Positions 1-8,479 of a DNA stretch of 32,000 bases are shown here, piece after piece. The stretch is from Dehalococcoidia bacterium (GTDB taxonomy: Bacteria; Chloroflexota; Dehalococcoidia; GIF9; UBA5629). A program made the position numbers and the translations under genes. The stretch spans positions 234,254 to 266,253 of the forward strand of contig JBEKIW010000001.1 in NCBI GenBank assembly GCA_050011565.1. The letters run 5' to 3'. The notes under the pieces are model-generated. The model was not told the DNA's origin. It made no database searches and saw nothing but the letters and a program-made list of their open reading frames with translations. The stretch's first letter is position 1. Every line of letters starts with the position of its first letter.

Positions 1-88
1 TATTCCCCCTCGATAAGGGTAACATATATATGTTGATATGTCAAAGAGGTCTTTAAGAGGTGTTACTTCCAGATATTAATAGCGGTAG

Positions 89-697
89 TCATCCGGATTT
101 TGTGCTGACCCTAACCCTTCTGACTATAAAGAATATGACAGCCGCCGCCACGAAAACGGCAAGCATATCGATGTACAAAGAATATTTTTCCAGAATATTC
201 CAATTTTGCTTGAGCAGGTAGCCGACAAAGACCAGCGCCAGATTCCACGGTATCGACCCTATAAAAGTAAATATGCAGAACTTAGGAAAGTTCATCTTAC
301 CGATGCCGGCCGGCAGTGCATTAACCGTTCTCACCAGAGGCAACATTCTGCAGAACAAGACAGTCAAACTGCCATACTTGTCAAACCATCTCTCTATCAG
401 TTGAAGATGCCCCATGTTCAGCAGCACGTATTTCCCATATCTTTCAATGAATCCTCTGCCGAGATACTTGCCTATTTCATAGGCTATTATGGAACCGGTC
501 ACATTGGCCAGGGAACTGACCAGTACGATTAACCAGATATTCATTTCTCCCATGTAGGCCAGGAACCCGGCGAACGGTATCACAGCCTCGCTGGGTATCG
601 GAATCAAGGCGGATTCCAGCGTCATGGTGACGAAAATTCCTGCATATCCCCAGGAGGATATCAGCCCGGTTATGAATTCAAGTATGTTTAGTATCAT
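89..697 (-). CDS. DedA / SNARE-associated family inner-membrane protein
   Basis: 202-aa ORF with a multi-pass hydrophobic profile. It has a DedA-like N-terminal segment (TLESALIPIPSEAVIPFAGF) and a GKYLGRGFIERYG core. The antisense ORF 206..532 is composition-driven. Confidence 0.8.
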   Translation of the reverse strand: MILNILEFITGLISSWGYAGIFVTMTLESALIPIPSEAVIPFAGFLAYMGEMNIWLIVLVSSLANVTGSIIAYEIGKYLGRGFIERYGKYVLLNMGHLQLIERWFDKYGSLTVLFCRMLPLVRTVNALPAGIGKMNFPKFCIFTFIGSIPWNLALVFVGYLLKQNWNILEKYSLYIDMLAVFVAAAVIFFIVRRVRVSTKSG

Positions 698-817
698 TGC
701 TTAGCCAGCATTATATCATTTAATAATTACGTGCTGAATTGCAGTAATCGGAAAAATTTTTACTGTCTTGCTTTATTCTTAGTGGTTGTGGTGGTAAAAT
801 TAGGCTGAGCGTTAAGC

Positions 818-1570
818 ATGTCAGGTCATTCTAAGTGGTCGCAGATAAAGCGTCAGAAAGGTGTATCCGACCACCGCAGGGGACAGCTGTTTACCAAGCT
901 TGCCCGCGAGATTATCGTGGCGGTGCGAGAAGGCGGCCCCAGCCCGGAGAATAACTTCCGCCTGCGACTGACTATACAGAAAGCCCGCGACAGTAACATG
1001 CCGTCCGATAATATTGAGCGGGCCATAAAGAAGGGCAGCGGCGAGGCTGGAGGCGCGGCTCTTGCCGAGATAACATTCGAAGGCTACGGCCCTCACGGCG
1101 TAGCGGTTCTGGTGGATGCGCTGACCGATAACCGCAATCGCACCGTCCAGGAAGTGCGCAGCCTGTTTGCACGCCACGGAGGCAGTCTCGCCACCAGCGG
1201 CTCGGTTTCCTGGCTGTTCGATACCAGAGGCGTGATTGTTGTAGAAACCGCTGGTGCGCAAGCCGAGGAACTGGCCCTGACGGCCATTGATGCCGGCGCC
1301 GATGACGTCAAAGAGGAAAAGGGATACCTGGAAATTCTGACCACGCCGCAAAATTTGGAGACCGTGCGGAAAGTCGTGGAGAAAATAAAGGCGCCTGTTT
1401 CCGCTCAAGTTATGCGTGTGGCTAAGAAAACAGTGGTGCTGGAAGAAAAGGAAGCCATTCAAACTCTGAAGCTGCTCGACCATCTGGAAGAGCTCGATGA
1501 CGTCCAGAGTGTTTGCGCTAATCTCGATTACGACGAGGCTGTTCTGGAGAAGCTGCAGGCTCAGGCATAA
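818..1570 (+). CDS. yebC: YebC/PmpR family DNA-binding transcriptional regulator
   Basis: 250-aa ORF beginning MSGHSKWSQIKRQKG, the hallmark N-terminus of the YebC/TACO1 family. It lies directly upstream of ruvC, a common arrangement. Confidence 0.95.
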   Translation: MSGHSKWSQIKRQKGVSDHRRGQLFTKLAREIIVAVREGGPSPENNFRLRLTIQKARDSNMPSDNIERAIKKGSGEAGGAALAEITFEGYGPHGVAVLVDALTDNRNRTVQEVRSLFARHGGSLATSGSVSWLFDTRGVIVVETAGAQAEELALTAIDAGADDVKEEKGYLEILTTPQNLETVRKVVEKIKAPVSAQVMRVAKKTVVLEEKEAIQTLKLLDHLEELDDVQSVCANLDYDEAVLEKLQAQA

Positions 1571-1572
1571 TT

Positions 1573-2070
1573 ATGCGTGTTCTCGGCATTGACCCGGGCA
1601 CTTTAAATTTGGGCTACGGCGTGATAGATGAGGAAGCGGGTGAGATGGCCATGGTTACCTGCGGCGTACTGAGCCTGCCCGCTAAAATCCCTGTCGAGCA
1701 AAGGCTTTCCTCTTTATATAAAAAACTCGTTGAAATTGTAGCCCGCCACCGGCCCGACGAGGTAGCCATCGAGGAGCCGTTTGTGGCGGATAACCGTCGC
1801 TCAGCTCTGGCTATAGGCAGAGCCCAGGCCATAGCCATACTCGCCGCCGCCAATAAAAATCTGCCGGTCTTTCGCTACCTGCCGACGCAGGTAAAACAGC
1901 AGGTAACCGACTATGGCGGCAGCAGCAAAGAGCAGGTGCAGGAGATGGTCAGGCTTCAGCTCGGGCTGGCGGAACGTCCCGAACCCTCCGATGCCGCCGA
2001 TGCCCTGGCTGTCGCCATCTGCCATCTGCATCAAAAGCACATCGAGATTCTGCTGGCCAGAGGTAAATAA
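1573..2070 (+). CDS. ruvC: Crossover junction endodeoxyribonuclease RuvC
   Basis: 165 aa. N-terminus MRVLGIDPG...GYGVI carries the catalytic Asp. IEEPF and the C-terminal DAADALAVAICH motif are present. It starts 3 nt after the yebC stop. Confidence 0.95.
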   Translation: MRVLGIDPGTLNLGYGVIDEEAGEMAMVTCGVLSLPAKIPVEQRLSSLYKKLVEIVARHRPDEVAIEEPFVADNRRSALAIGRAQAIAILAAANKNLPVFRYLPTQVKQQVTDYGGSSKEQVQEMVRLQLGLAERPEPSDAADALAVAICHLHQKHIEILLARGK

Positions 2071-2074
2071 GTAA

Positions 2075-2659
2075 ATGATAGTTGCTTTAGAAGGTATACT
2101 CGAAAGCCGCGGCATCGATTCAGCGGTGGTTAAAGTCGGCCCGCTCAGCCTCCTGGTATCTGTCCCCGGCTCCACTCTTGCTCGGATTGGCACTGTCGGC
2201 GATAAGGTCCGTCTCCATACCCATCTATATGTCAGGGAAGATATTATCGCTCTGTACGGCTTCGCATCTGCCGACGAGCTGGCGCTTTTCCAGAACTTCA
2301 TCTCCGTTTCCGGTATCGGCCCCAAAGCAGCACTGGCATTTCTTTCCACCTTAAACGTCGAGCAGCTGGCTTCGGCCATCGTCGGCGGCAACGTCGACTT
2401 GCTGACTCAGGTACCCGGCATCGGCAAGAAAATGGCCGGGCGGGTGGTACTTGAATTGAAAGGCAAGCTGGAGAAGGGATGGGCGGGTGCGGTAACGCCG
2501 GCCTTGACGCCCGAAGATGCCGATGTCGTGGCGGCTCTGACCACACTCGGTTATTCACTGAAGGAAGCTACACAGGCTGTTGCCGGTTTGCCCAATGCTG
2601 AAGAGCTTGACCTGGAGGAAAAGGTCAGGCTGGCCTTGAGGCAGCTAGCCACGAAGTAG
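2075..2659 (+). CDS. ruvA: Holliday junction branch-migration complex subunit RuvA
   Basis: 194 aa. It has an N-terminal OB-like region, two helix-hairpin-helix motifs (SVSGIGPKAALA, VPGIGKKMAGRVVLELK) and a C-terminal domain III (DVVAALTTLGYSLKEA). Confidence 0.95.
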   Translation: MIVALEGILESRGIDSAVVKVGPLSLLVSVPGSTLARIGTVGDKVRLHTHLYVREDIIALYGFASADELALFQNFISVSGIGPKAALAFLSTLNVEQLASAIVGGNVDLLTQVPGIGKKMAGRVVLELKGKLEKGWAGAVTPALTPEDADVVAALTTLGYSLKEATQAVAGLPNAEELDLEEKVRLALRQLATK

Positions 2660-2671
2660 TCACGAGTAAAT

Positions 2672-3550
2672 ATGCTTATTGAAATCCTGCTTGTTTTTGT
2701 CTTGCTGCTTTTGGGCGTGTTGATTTTCCTCGTCATCCGTAGCCGGCGAGTGGAACCGACCGACCTCAAGAACGCCATATCCAGCACCTGGACTGAGCTG
2801 GGGCTGGGCGAAAAGATAGGCAGCATAGAGACTCAGGCCAGAGACATCAAAGACAGCTACAGGTCATTCGAGCAAATGCTCCGAGTGCCCAAAGAGAGGG
2901 CGTCATTCGGCGAACTGGCGCTGGAGACAATATTGGCTGACCAGCTTCCGCCGGATATGTACGGTATCAGGGAGACGATTTTCGACGGCAAGCGACCCGA
3001 CGCTCATATAAAGTCGACCGAAGGCCTGGTCTGCATAGATTCCAAGTTTTCGCTGGACAATTACGGCAGGATGCTGTCCACGGAAGACCCGGCTGAGAAG
3101 CAGAGGTTAAAGAAGGATTTTATCGCCGATGTCAGGCGCTGCCTGGACAAGATAGCCGATGACTACGTATGTCCCGACAAAGGGTCTGCCGAGTTTGCCT
3201 TCGCCTACATTCCGTCGGAGAGCGTCTATTACTACCTGCTGACCGAGGCCTATGACATGCTGATGGAGTACGGTAGAGGAGGCGTCCAGGTAGTATCGCC
3301 GCTGACCCTTTCCGCCAAAATCGAATTAATCAGAGCCGGCGTTCAGGCCAAGAAGCTTTCGGAACAGGCTGAAGATGTTAAAAACGACCTGCTCCGGATT
3401 TCACGCGGCTTCAATGAAATTGATGATAAGTGGCGCTTGCTCTATGAGACGCATCTCAAGAATGCCGTCGATAGAGCCGCCGATTTAGATAAATCCTACA
3501 AGAAGCTGCGGGACGAGTTCGACCGCATTTCAAAGATACCGCAGAAGTAG
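2672..3550 (+). CDS. rmuC: DNA recombination protein RmuC family
   Basis: 292 aa with an N-terminal TM helix. The RmuC-like motifs RPDAHIK...VCIDSKFSLDNY and AFAYIPSESVYY are present. Confidence 0.8.
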   Translation: MLIEILLVFVLLLLGVLIFLVIRSRRVEPTDLKNAISSTWTELGLGEKIGSIETQARDIKDSYRSFEQMLRVPKERASFGELALETILADQLPPDMYGIRETIFDGKRPDAHIKSTEGLVCIDSKFSLDNYGRMLSTEDPAEKQRLKKDFIADVRRCLDKIADDYVCPDKGSAEFAFAYIPSESVYYYLLTEAYDMLMEYGRGGVQVVSPLTLSAKIELIRAGVQAKKLSEQAEDVKNDLLRISRGFNEIDDKWRLLYETHLKNAVDRAADLDKSYKKLRDEFDRISKIPQK

Positions 3551-3643
3551 AGGGGCTTTCGCCTCCGTGCTATTACCATGTTTTATTCTCTTGTCTACAT
3601 TGGTTGTATAATTAAGCATTATCCTGCCCCGTTGTAAGTTGCC

Positions 3644-3735
3644 CCCTCTCCCTTGGGATGAAGGGTGGGCAGGCATCCAATGAGGATTTATTCCCATTGG
3701 GATACGGGGAAAGGGATAGGGCTGGAGAGTGGGTG
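3644..3735 (+). repeat. 92-nt structured intergenic repeat, copy 1 (second copy at 8149..8240)
   Basis: Manual alignment with 8149..8240 gives about 82/92 identical positions without gaps. Terminal CCCTCTCCC / GGGGA(A/G)AGGG arms and an inner imperfect palindrome (ATCCAATGAGG...CCCATTGGGAT) suggest a long hairpin. Confidence 0.85.
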
Positions 3736-3757
3736 AAATAAAAAATTACATTATTAA

Positions 3758-3824
3758 GCGGGAGTTTAAGAGGGGCGCAGCCCCTCTTGGATAACCCCAA
3801 TTCCCTCCCCCTCAAGGGGGAGGG
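3758..3824. repeat. Two GC-rich hairpin repeat units immediately upstream of uvrB
   Basis: GCGGGAGTTTAAGAGGGGcgcaGCCCCTCTTGG (3758-3790) recurs inverted at 10834-10869. CCCTCCCCCtcaaGGGGGAGGG (3803-3824) belongs to the same hairpin family as 12331-12352 and 10941-10963. Confidence 0.8.
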
Positions 3825-3850
3825 CCAGCGTAGGGGTGAAAATAAACTTA

Positions 3851-5842
3851 ATGGAATTCAAAATAAACTCAGATTTCAGGCTCACCGGCGACCAGCCGCA
3901 AGCCGTAGACAAGCTTGTCGAAGGCCTTAACCTGGGCTACAAACAGCAGACATTGCTCGGTGTCACCGGCAGCGGCAAGACCTTCACCATGGCTAATGTA
4001 GCGGAAAGAGTCCAGAAGCCCACACTGGTCATCTGCCACAATAAGACTTTAGCCGCCCAGCTAGCCACCGAATTTAAAGAATACTTCCCCGACAACGCCG
4101 TGGAGTATTTCGTCAGCTACTATGATTATTACCAGCCGGAAGCCTATCTTCCCAGCACCGACACCTACATCGAGAAAGAAATAGATATAAACGAGGAAAT
4201 TGATAAGATGCGCCATGCCGCCACCAGGTCTTTGCTTGAACGCCGGGATGTGCTAATCGTAGCTTCGGTATCCTGCATTTACAGCCTGGGCGAGCCTGAG
4301 GAATACCGCAGCTTCGTAGCTACTATTAAGAGGGGCGAAAAATTAAATCGCGGTAAGTTGCTCCGCCGGCTGGTGGACATGCAATATGAAAGAAACGACT
4401 TCGATTTCACCCGCGGCCGGTTTCGCATCCGCGGCGACACGCTGGAAATACAGCCGGCGTATGAGGAAATAGCAATCCGGATTGAGTTCTTTGGCGATGA
4501 GGTGGAGCGCATCGTTGACGTCGACCCGCTTACCGGCGAGCTGCTGACCGAGCGTGATACGGTGGACATTTACCCTGCCAAGCACTTCGTCACTTCACAT
4601 GACAAGCTTTTGCTGGCTGTCGAGGATATCAAGGTTGAGCTGGAACAGAGGCTGCGGGAGCTTAAAGACCAGGGCAAGCTGGTCGAAGCTGCCAGGCTCG
4701 AGGCGCGAACCAACTACGACCTTGAGATGCTCCGCGAGGTAGGCTACTGCCATGCCGTGGAGAACTATTCCCGCCATCTGCAGCGTCGGGCACCGGGCAG
4801 CGCTCCGTGGACGTTGCTCGACTATTTCCCCGATGACTTCCTGCTGTTTATCGATGAGTCTCACATGTCCCTGCCGCAAATTCGTGGCATGTATCATGGT
4901 GACCTCTCCCGAAAACGGACGCTGGTCGATTACGGCTTTCGCCTGCCGTCGGCGCTGGACAACCGTCCGCTTAACTTCGATGAGTTCAACCAGCGACTCA
5001 ACCAGGTCGTCTACGTCTCGGCTACCCCGAGCGAGTATGAATTCAGCCACAGCCAGCAGGTGGCGGAGCAATTGGTCCGTCCCACCGGTCTGCTCGAGCC
5101 GACGATTGAGATCAAGCCCAGCAAAGGGCAAATCGACGACCTGATTTACCAGATTAAGACCAGGGTGGACAAAGGTGAGCGCTGCCTGGTGACCACGCTG
5201 ACCAAGCGCATGGCTGAGCAGTTGGACGATTACCTGAAAGAGATGGAAATCAGGACGCATTATCTGCACTCCGAGATTGACACGCTGGAGCGGGTTGAGA
5301 TTCTGCGCGACCTCCGCCTCGGCGTTTACGATGTGGTGGTCGGCATAAACCTGCTCCGCGAGGGTTTGGACTTGCCCGAGGTGAGCCTGGTAGCCATTCT
5401 GGATGCCGACAAGGAAGGCTACTTAAGGTCGAAGCAGGCGCTCATCCAGACGATGGGACGGGCAGCCCGTCATCTTGACGGCCATGTCATCATGTATGCC
5501 GATACCGTGACCGGAGCTATGCATGAAGCCATAGAGGAGACTAAGCGCCGTCGCAATATTCAGGAAGCTTACAACAAAGAGCACGGCATAACACCACAGG
5601 GGATAAAGAAAGCGATTAAGGACATCACCGAGCGGGTCAAGGTGGTGGCTGAAGCCAGAGCCGCCTATTCGCCTACCCCCATATCCAAAGAAGAGGTCCT
5701 CCGTCTCATCAAAGACCTGGAAGCGCAGATGCGAAAAGCCGCCAAGAACCTGGAGTTCGAAAAAGCCGCCTTACTCCGCGACCGCATCATCGAGCTGCGG
5801 AAGGACGAGGAGCTGTTATCTCCGCTGACCAGGTTCAGCTAG
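3851..5842 (+). CDS. uvrB: Excinuclease ABC subunit B (UvrB)
   Basis: The ORF is open from GTG 3836, but ATG 3851 gives the canonical N-terminus [19 protein letters not shown]. Walker A GVTGSGKT, the beta-hairpin region [10 protein letters not shown], helicase motifs and a C-terminal UVR domain ([16 protein letters not shown]) are present. Confidence 0.97.
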   Translation: MEFKINSDFRLTGDQPQAVDKLVEGLNLGYKQQTLLGVTGSGKTFTMANVAERVQKPTLVICHNKTLAAQLATEFKEYFPDNAVEYFVSYYDYYQPEAYLPSTDTYIEKEIDINEEIDKMRHAATRSLLERRDVLIVASVSCIYSLGEPEEYRSFVATIKRGEKLNRGKLLRRLVDMQYERNDFDFTRGRFRIRGDTLEIQPAYEEIAIRIEFFGDEVERIVDVDPLTGELLTERDTVDIYPAKHFVTSHDKLLLAVEDIKVELEQRLRELKDQGKLVEAARLEARTNYDLEMLREVGYCHAVENYSRHLQRRAPGSAPWTLLDYFPDDFLLFIDESHMSLPQIRGMYHGDLSRKRTLVDYGFRLPSALDNRPLNFDEFNQRLNQVVYVSATPSEYEFSHSQQVAEQLVRPTGLLEPTIEIKPSKGQIDDLIYQIKTRVDKGERCLVTTLTKRMAEQLDDYLKEMEIRTHYLHSEIDTLERVEILRDLRLGVYDVVVGINLLREGLDLPEVSLVAILDADKEGYLRSKQALIQTMGRAARHLDGHVIMYADTVTGAMHEAIEETKRRRNIQEAYNKEHGITPQGIKKAIKDITERVKVVAEARAAYSPTPISKEEVLRLIKDLEAQMRKAAKNLEFEKAALLRDRIIELRKDEELLSPLTRFS

Positions 5843-5892
5843 CAGTTTCATCCATGCAGGACAAATAAAGAACAAAACAAAAGGAGGTATAT

Positions 5893-7698
5893 ATGGCCGG
5901 TGGTTATATGGGAAAGGTTTTATTTGTAAATCTGTCTACAGGCGCGATTGAGATAGAGGCACTTGACGAAAAAACTTGCCGCGATTTCATCGGTGGCTAT
6001 GGCTTGGGGGCAAGAATACTATACAGCCGTCAAAAGGCAAAAGTGGCCGCCTTATCCGGAGAGAATATTCTCGGATTTCTCACCGGCCCTCTCACCGGTA
6101 CCCCGGCTCCTACCGGAGCACGGTATGTCGTGGTGGGAAAATCACCTTTAACCGGCACCTGGGGGGATGCCAACTCGGGAGGTGAATTCGGCCCTTACCT
6201 TAAATTCGCCGGCTATGACGGCGTCTTTTTTACCGGCATTTCGGACCGACCGGTCTATCTCTTAATCGATAACGGCAAAGCTGAATTAAAAGACGCCGCT
6301 CACCTGTGGGGTAAAGACACCTATGAAACGGAGAGCATATTGGAGGACGAACACGGCAGTGAAAGTCGTGTCTCCTGCATCGGCCCCTCCGGCGAAAAGC
6401 TGTCGCTCATCTCATGTATTATAAACCAGCGAGGATGTGCTGCCGGACGCTCCGGTTTAGGGGCTGTCATGGGCTCCAAAAGGCTCAAGGCAGTTGTAGC
6501 CCGGGGAAACCAAACCGTCGCTTTAGCCGACAAACAGGCCGTTGACAACTTACGAAAAAAGTATATGGCAGCGTTAAACGATACAAAGTCCGGGGGGCAC
6601 TCATACCGTGAGTCGTTCCACAAGTACGGTACGGCCAGCCATGCCGCCATTTCGGCCCAAAACGGAGATTCGCCGGTTAAAAACTGGGCTGGTATCGGTG
6701 TGGTCGATTTCCCGGATGTCTCCGGGCTCGAGCCTGATGCAGTGATAGCCAACCTTGATAAACATATAGGTTGCTGGCACTGCCCCATCGCCTGCGAGGC
6801 AAGCTTGAAGGAGGGGACCGGCGAGTACAGGTACGTTGCCGGTACACGCCGGCCTGAATACGAGACACTGGCTTCCTTCGGTGCCATGTGTCTTAACAAT
6901 AACACTGAATCCATTGCCATGGCTAACTACATTTGCAATCGATATGGAATAGACACTATCTCTGCCGGTTGTACTATTGCCTTTGCCATCGAATGTTACG
7001 AGAATGGGCTCATTACCAGGAAGGATACCGGAGGTATCGAGCTTACCTGGGGCAACCACCGGGCTATCGTTAGCATGACGGAAAAACTTGCCGGGAGAGA
7101 AGGCTTTGGTGACGTTCTCGCTGACGGAGTCAAACTGGCTGCGGAGAGAATCGGCAGGGGCGCTGAGAAGTATGCGGTGCATATCGGAGGACAGGAGCTG
7201 GGGATGCACGACCCGAAGCTCATACCGCCTATGGTGGGCAACGTTGAATCGGCTTCGGCACGATATCAGATGGACGCCACCCCCGGCCGTCACACGCAGG
7301 GCTTCGGCCCCAGTAGTTTTGGGGCTCACGTTCTCAGTTCGGCCGGGCTTTGCTATTTCGGTAATATGTGGATGCAACTGAAAGACTTCATGAATGCGGT
7401 AACCGGCTGGGGCTATTCCAGGGATGAATTAAATAAAGCCGGTGACAGGATAGCCACCCTGAGGCACGCCTTCAACCTTCGGGAAGGTGTAAACCCTCTC
7501 AAATGGACGGTGCACCCCAGGATAACGGGTGAACCTCCTTTTGAGTCTGGTCCACTGGCTGGCGTAACCGCCGATATTACAGGTCAGATTTACCGGAATC
7601 TTGGTGCTTTGGACTGGGACCGCGTCACAACCAAGCCGGGCAAAAAGAAGCTGCTGTCTCTGGGCCTTAATGACGTGGCCAAAGACCTGTGGCCATAG
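5893..7698 (+). CDS. aor: Aldehyde:ferredoxin oxidoreductase family (tungstopterin/4Fe-4S) enzyme
   Basis: 601 aa with AOR-like N-terminus MAGGYMGKVLFVNLSTG. The CxxCxxxC cluster motif (CWHCPIAC) plus a distal Cys (GLCYFG) are present. RBS AAGGAGG lies 6 nt upstream. Confidence 0.9.
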   Translation: MAGGYMGKVLFVNLSTGAIEIEALDEKTCRDFIGGYGLGARILYSRQKAKVAALSGENILGFLTGPLTGTPAPTGARYVVVGKSPLTGTWGDANSGGEFGPYLKFAGYDGVFFTGISDRPVYLLIDNGKAELKDAAHLWGKDTYETESILEDEHGSESRVSCIGPSGEKLSLISCIINQRGCAAGRSGLGAVMGSKRLKAVVARGNQTVALADKQAVDNLRKKYMAALNDTKSGGHSYRESFHKYGTASHAAISAQNGDSPVKNWAGIGVVDFPDVSGLEPDAVIANLDKHIGCWHCPIACEASLKEGTGEYRYVAGTRRPEYETLASFGAMCLNNNTESIAMANYICNRYGIDTISAGCTIAFAIECYENGLITRKDTGGIELTWGNHRAIVSMTEKLAGREGFGDVLADGVKLAAERIGRGAEKYAVHIGGQELGMHDPKLIPPMVGNVESASARYQMDATPGRHTQGFGPSSFGAHVLSSAGLCYFGNMWMQLKDFMNAVTGWGYSRDELNKAGDRIATLRHAFNLREGVNPLKWTVHPRITGEPPFESGPLAGVTADITGQIYRNLGALDWDRVTTKPGKKKLLSLGLNDVAKDLWP

Positions 7699-7743
7699 AT
7701 ATTTATGCGTCGCATTAAAATAATATAGGGGGAAAGTAGAGCC

Positions 7744-8025
7744 TTGTTCAAGTGTGTTGTCGGACTGTTCGGGTTGCCGCACGGTATAACAGGCGAGCAT
7801 AAGGTGGAAGTTGAACTAAAGGATGAGGCGAGGCTGACTGATGTTATCGCAACTCTCCGGCGTGAAATCCCGAAACTGGAGGGGCCTGTTATCCGTGCCG
7901 GTGAAGATAAACTAACGGAGCATTACGCCTTTAATATAAACGGTCGTTTTTATATTGATGATAAGGAAATTCGAATCTGCAGTGGCGACAATGTAGGGCT
8001 ACTCGCCCTGGCTGCCGGAGGGTGA
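7744..8025 (+). CDS. MoaD/ThiS-family ubiquitin-like small protein with C-terminal Gly-Gly
   Basis: 93-aa ORF with a TTG start, so the start is uncertain. It ends ...LLALAAGG-stop. Its size and its position next to aor fit a beta-grasp sulfur-carrier-like protein. Confidence 0.65.
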   Translation: MFKCVVGLFGLPHGITGEHKVEVELKDEARLTDVIATLRREIPKLEGPVIRAGEDKLTEHYAFNINGRFYIDDKEIRICSGDNVGLLALAAGG

Positions 8026-8031
8026 CTTTAA

Positions 8032-8133
8032 AACCTGGAGTTCCAAAAAGCCGCCCTGCTCCGTGACCGCATCATCGAGCTTCGCCGCGACGAGGAGATT
8101 CTGTCGCCGCTGACCAGGTTCAATAGAGAATAG
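8032..8133 (+). pseudogene. Detached relic of the uvrB 3' end (UVR-domain C-terminus), frame intact
   Basis: It translates as [33 protein letters not shown]-stop, against uvr[32 protein letters not shown]-stop. About 77/93 nt are identical, and most differences are synonymous or conservative. There is no upstream coding continuation. Confidence 0.9.
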
Positions 8134-8148
8134 CCGCTCGGCTTTACT

Positions 8149-8240
8149 CCCTCTCCCGCGGGCGGAAGGGTGGGCAGGCATCCAATGAGGATTTACTCCC
8201 ATTGGGATACGGGGAGAGGGATAGGGTTGGGGTGAGGGTG
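8149..8240 (+). repeat. 92-nt structured intergenic repeat, copy 2
   Basis: Same orientation and length as 3644..3735, about 89% identical by manual alignment. It lies 16 nt after the uvrB relic stop. Confidence 0.85.
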
Positions 8241-8479
8241 GAACCTTATCATTTTGGTCGAAAAACGCTCGGTCAAAAGAACTAGCCTATTTGTCTACGG
8301 GGGAAACTGTGCGAAGGTATATGCCTTATCGGAGTAAGCAGATATGCCCAAAATTAATTTTGTTGGTGTATAATCAGATAAAGATTTAAATTGAATAAAT
8401 AAGTCAATCATATAGATTGTGGCATTTTCGACTAAAGATTATAAAGTCTAATTGAACATGCAACTTTAGGAAAAAACAT

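Noticed and set aside
821-1483. 220-aa antisense ORF inside yebC, plus nested ORFs 972..1172 and 1093..1344
   Set aside because: The opposite strand encodes an unmistakable YebC protein. The antisense frames are typical open shadow frames of GC-rich coding DNA.
1801-2391. 196-aa minus-strand ORF spanning the ruvC/ruvA junction
   Set aside because: It is a shadow ORF opposite two strongly recognisable genes and has no motifs of its own.
2672-3550. Absence of ruvB after ruvC-ruvA (rmuC follows instead), considered as a notable anomaly
   Set aside because: ruvB is frequently encoded elsewhere in bacterial genomes. This cannot be judged from a 32-kb window.
3612-3815. 67-aa minus-strand ORF upstream of uvrB
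   Set aside because: It is composed entirely of the hairpin and 92-nt repeat elements. The same sequences elsewhere are non-coding and occur in both orientations.
4595-5269. 224-aa antisense ORF, and other ORFs, inside uvrB
   Set aside because: uvrB on the plus strand is complete and canonical. The antisense ORFs lack motifs and plausible starts or RBS.
6601-7377. 258-aa and 199-aa antisense ORFs inside aor
   Set aside because: They are shadow frames of a high-GC gene. The plus-strand product has the AOR motifs.
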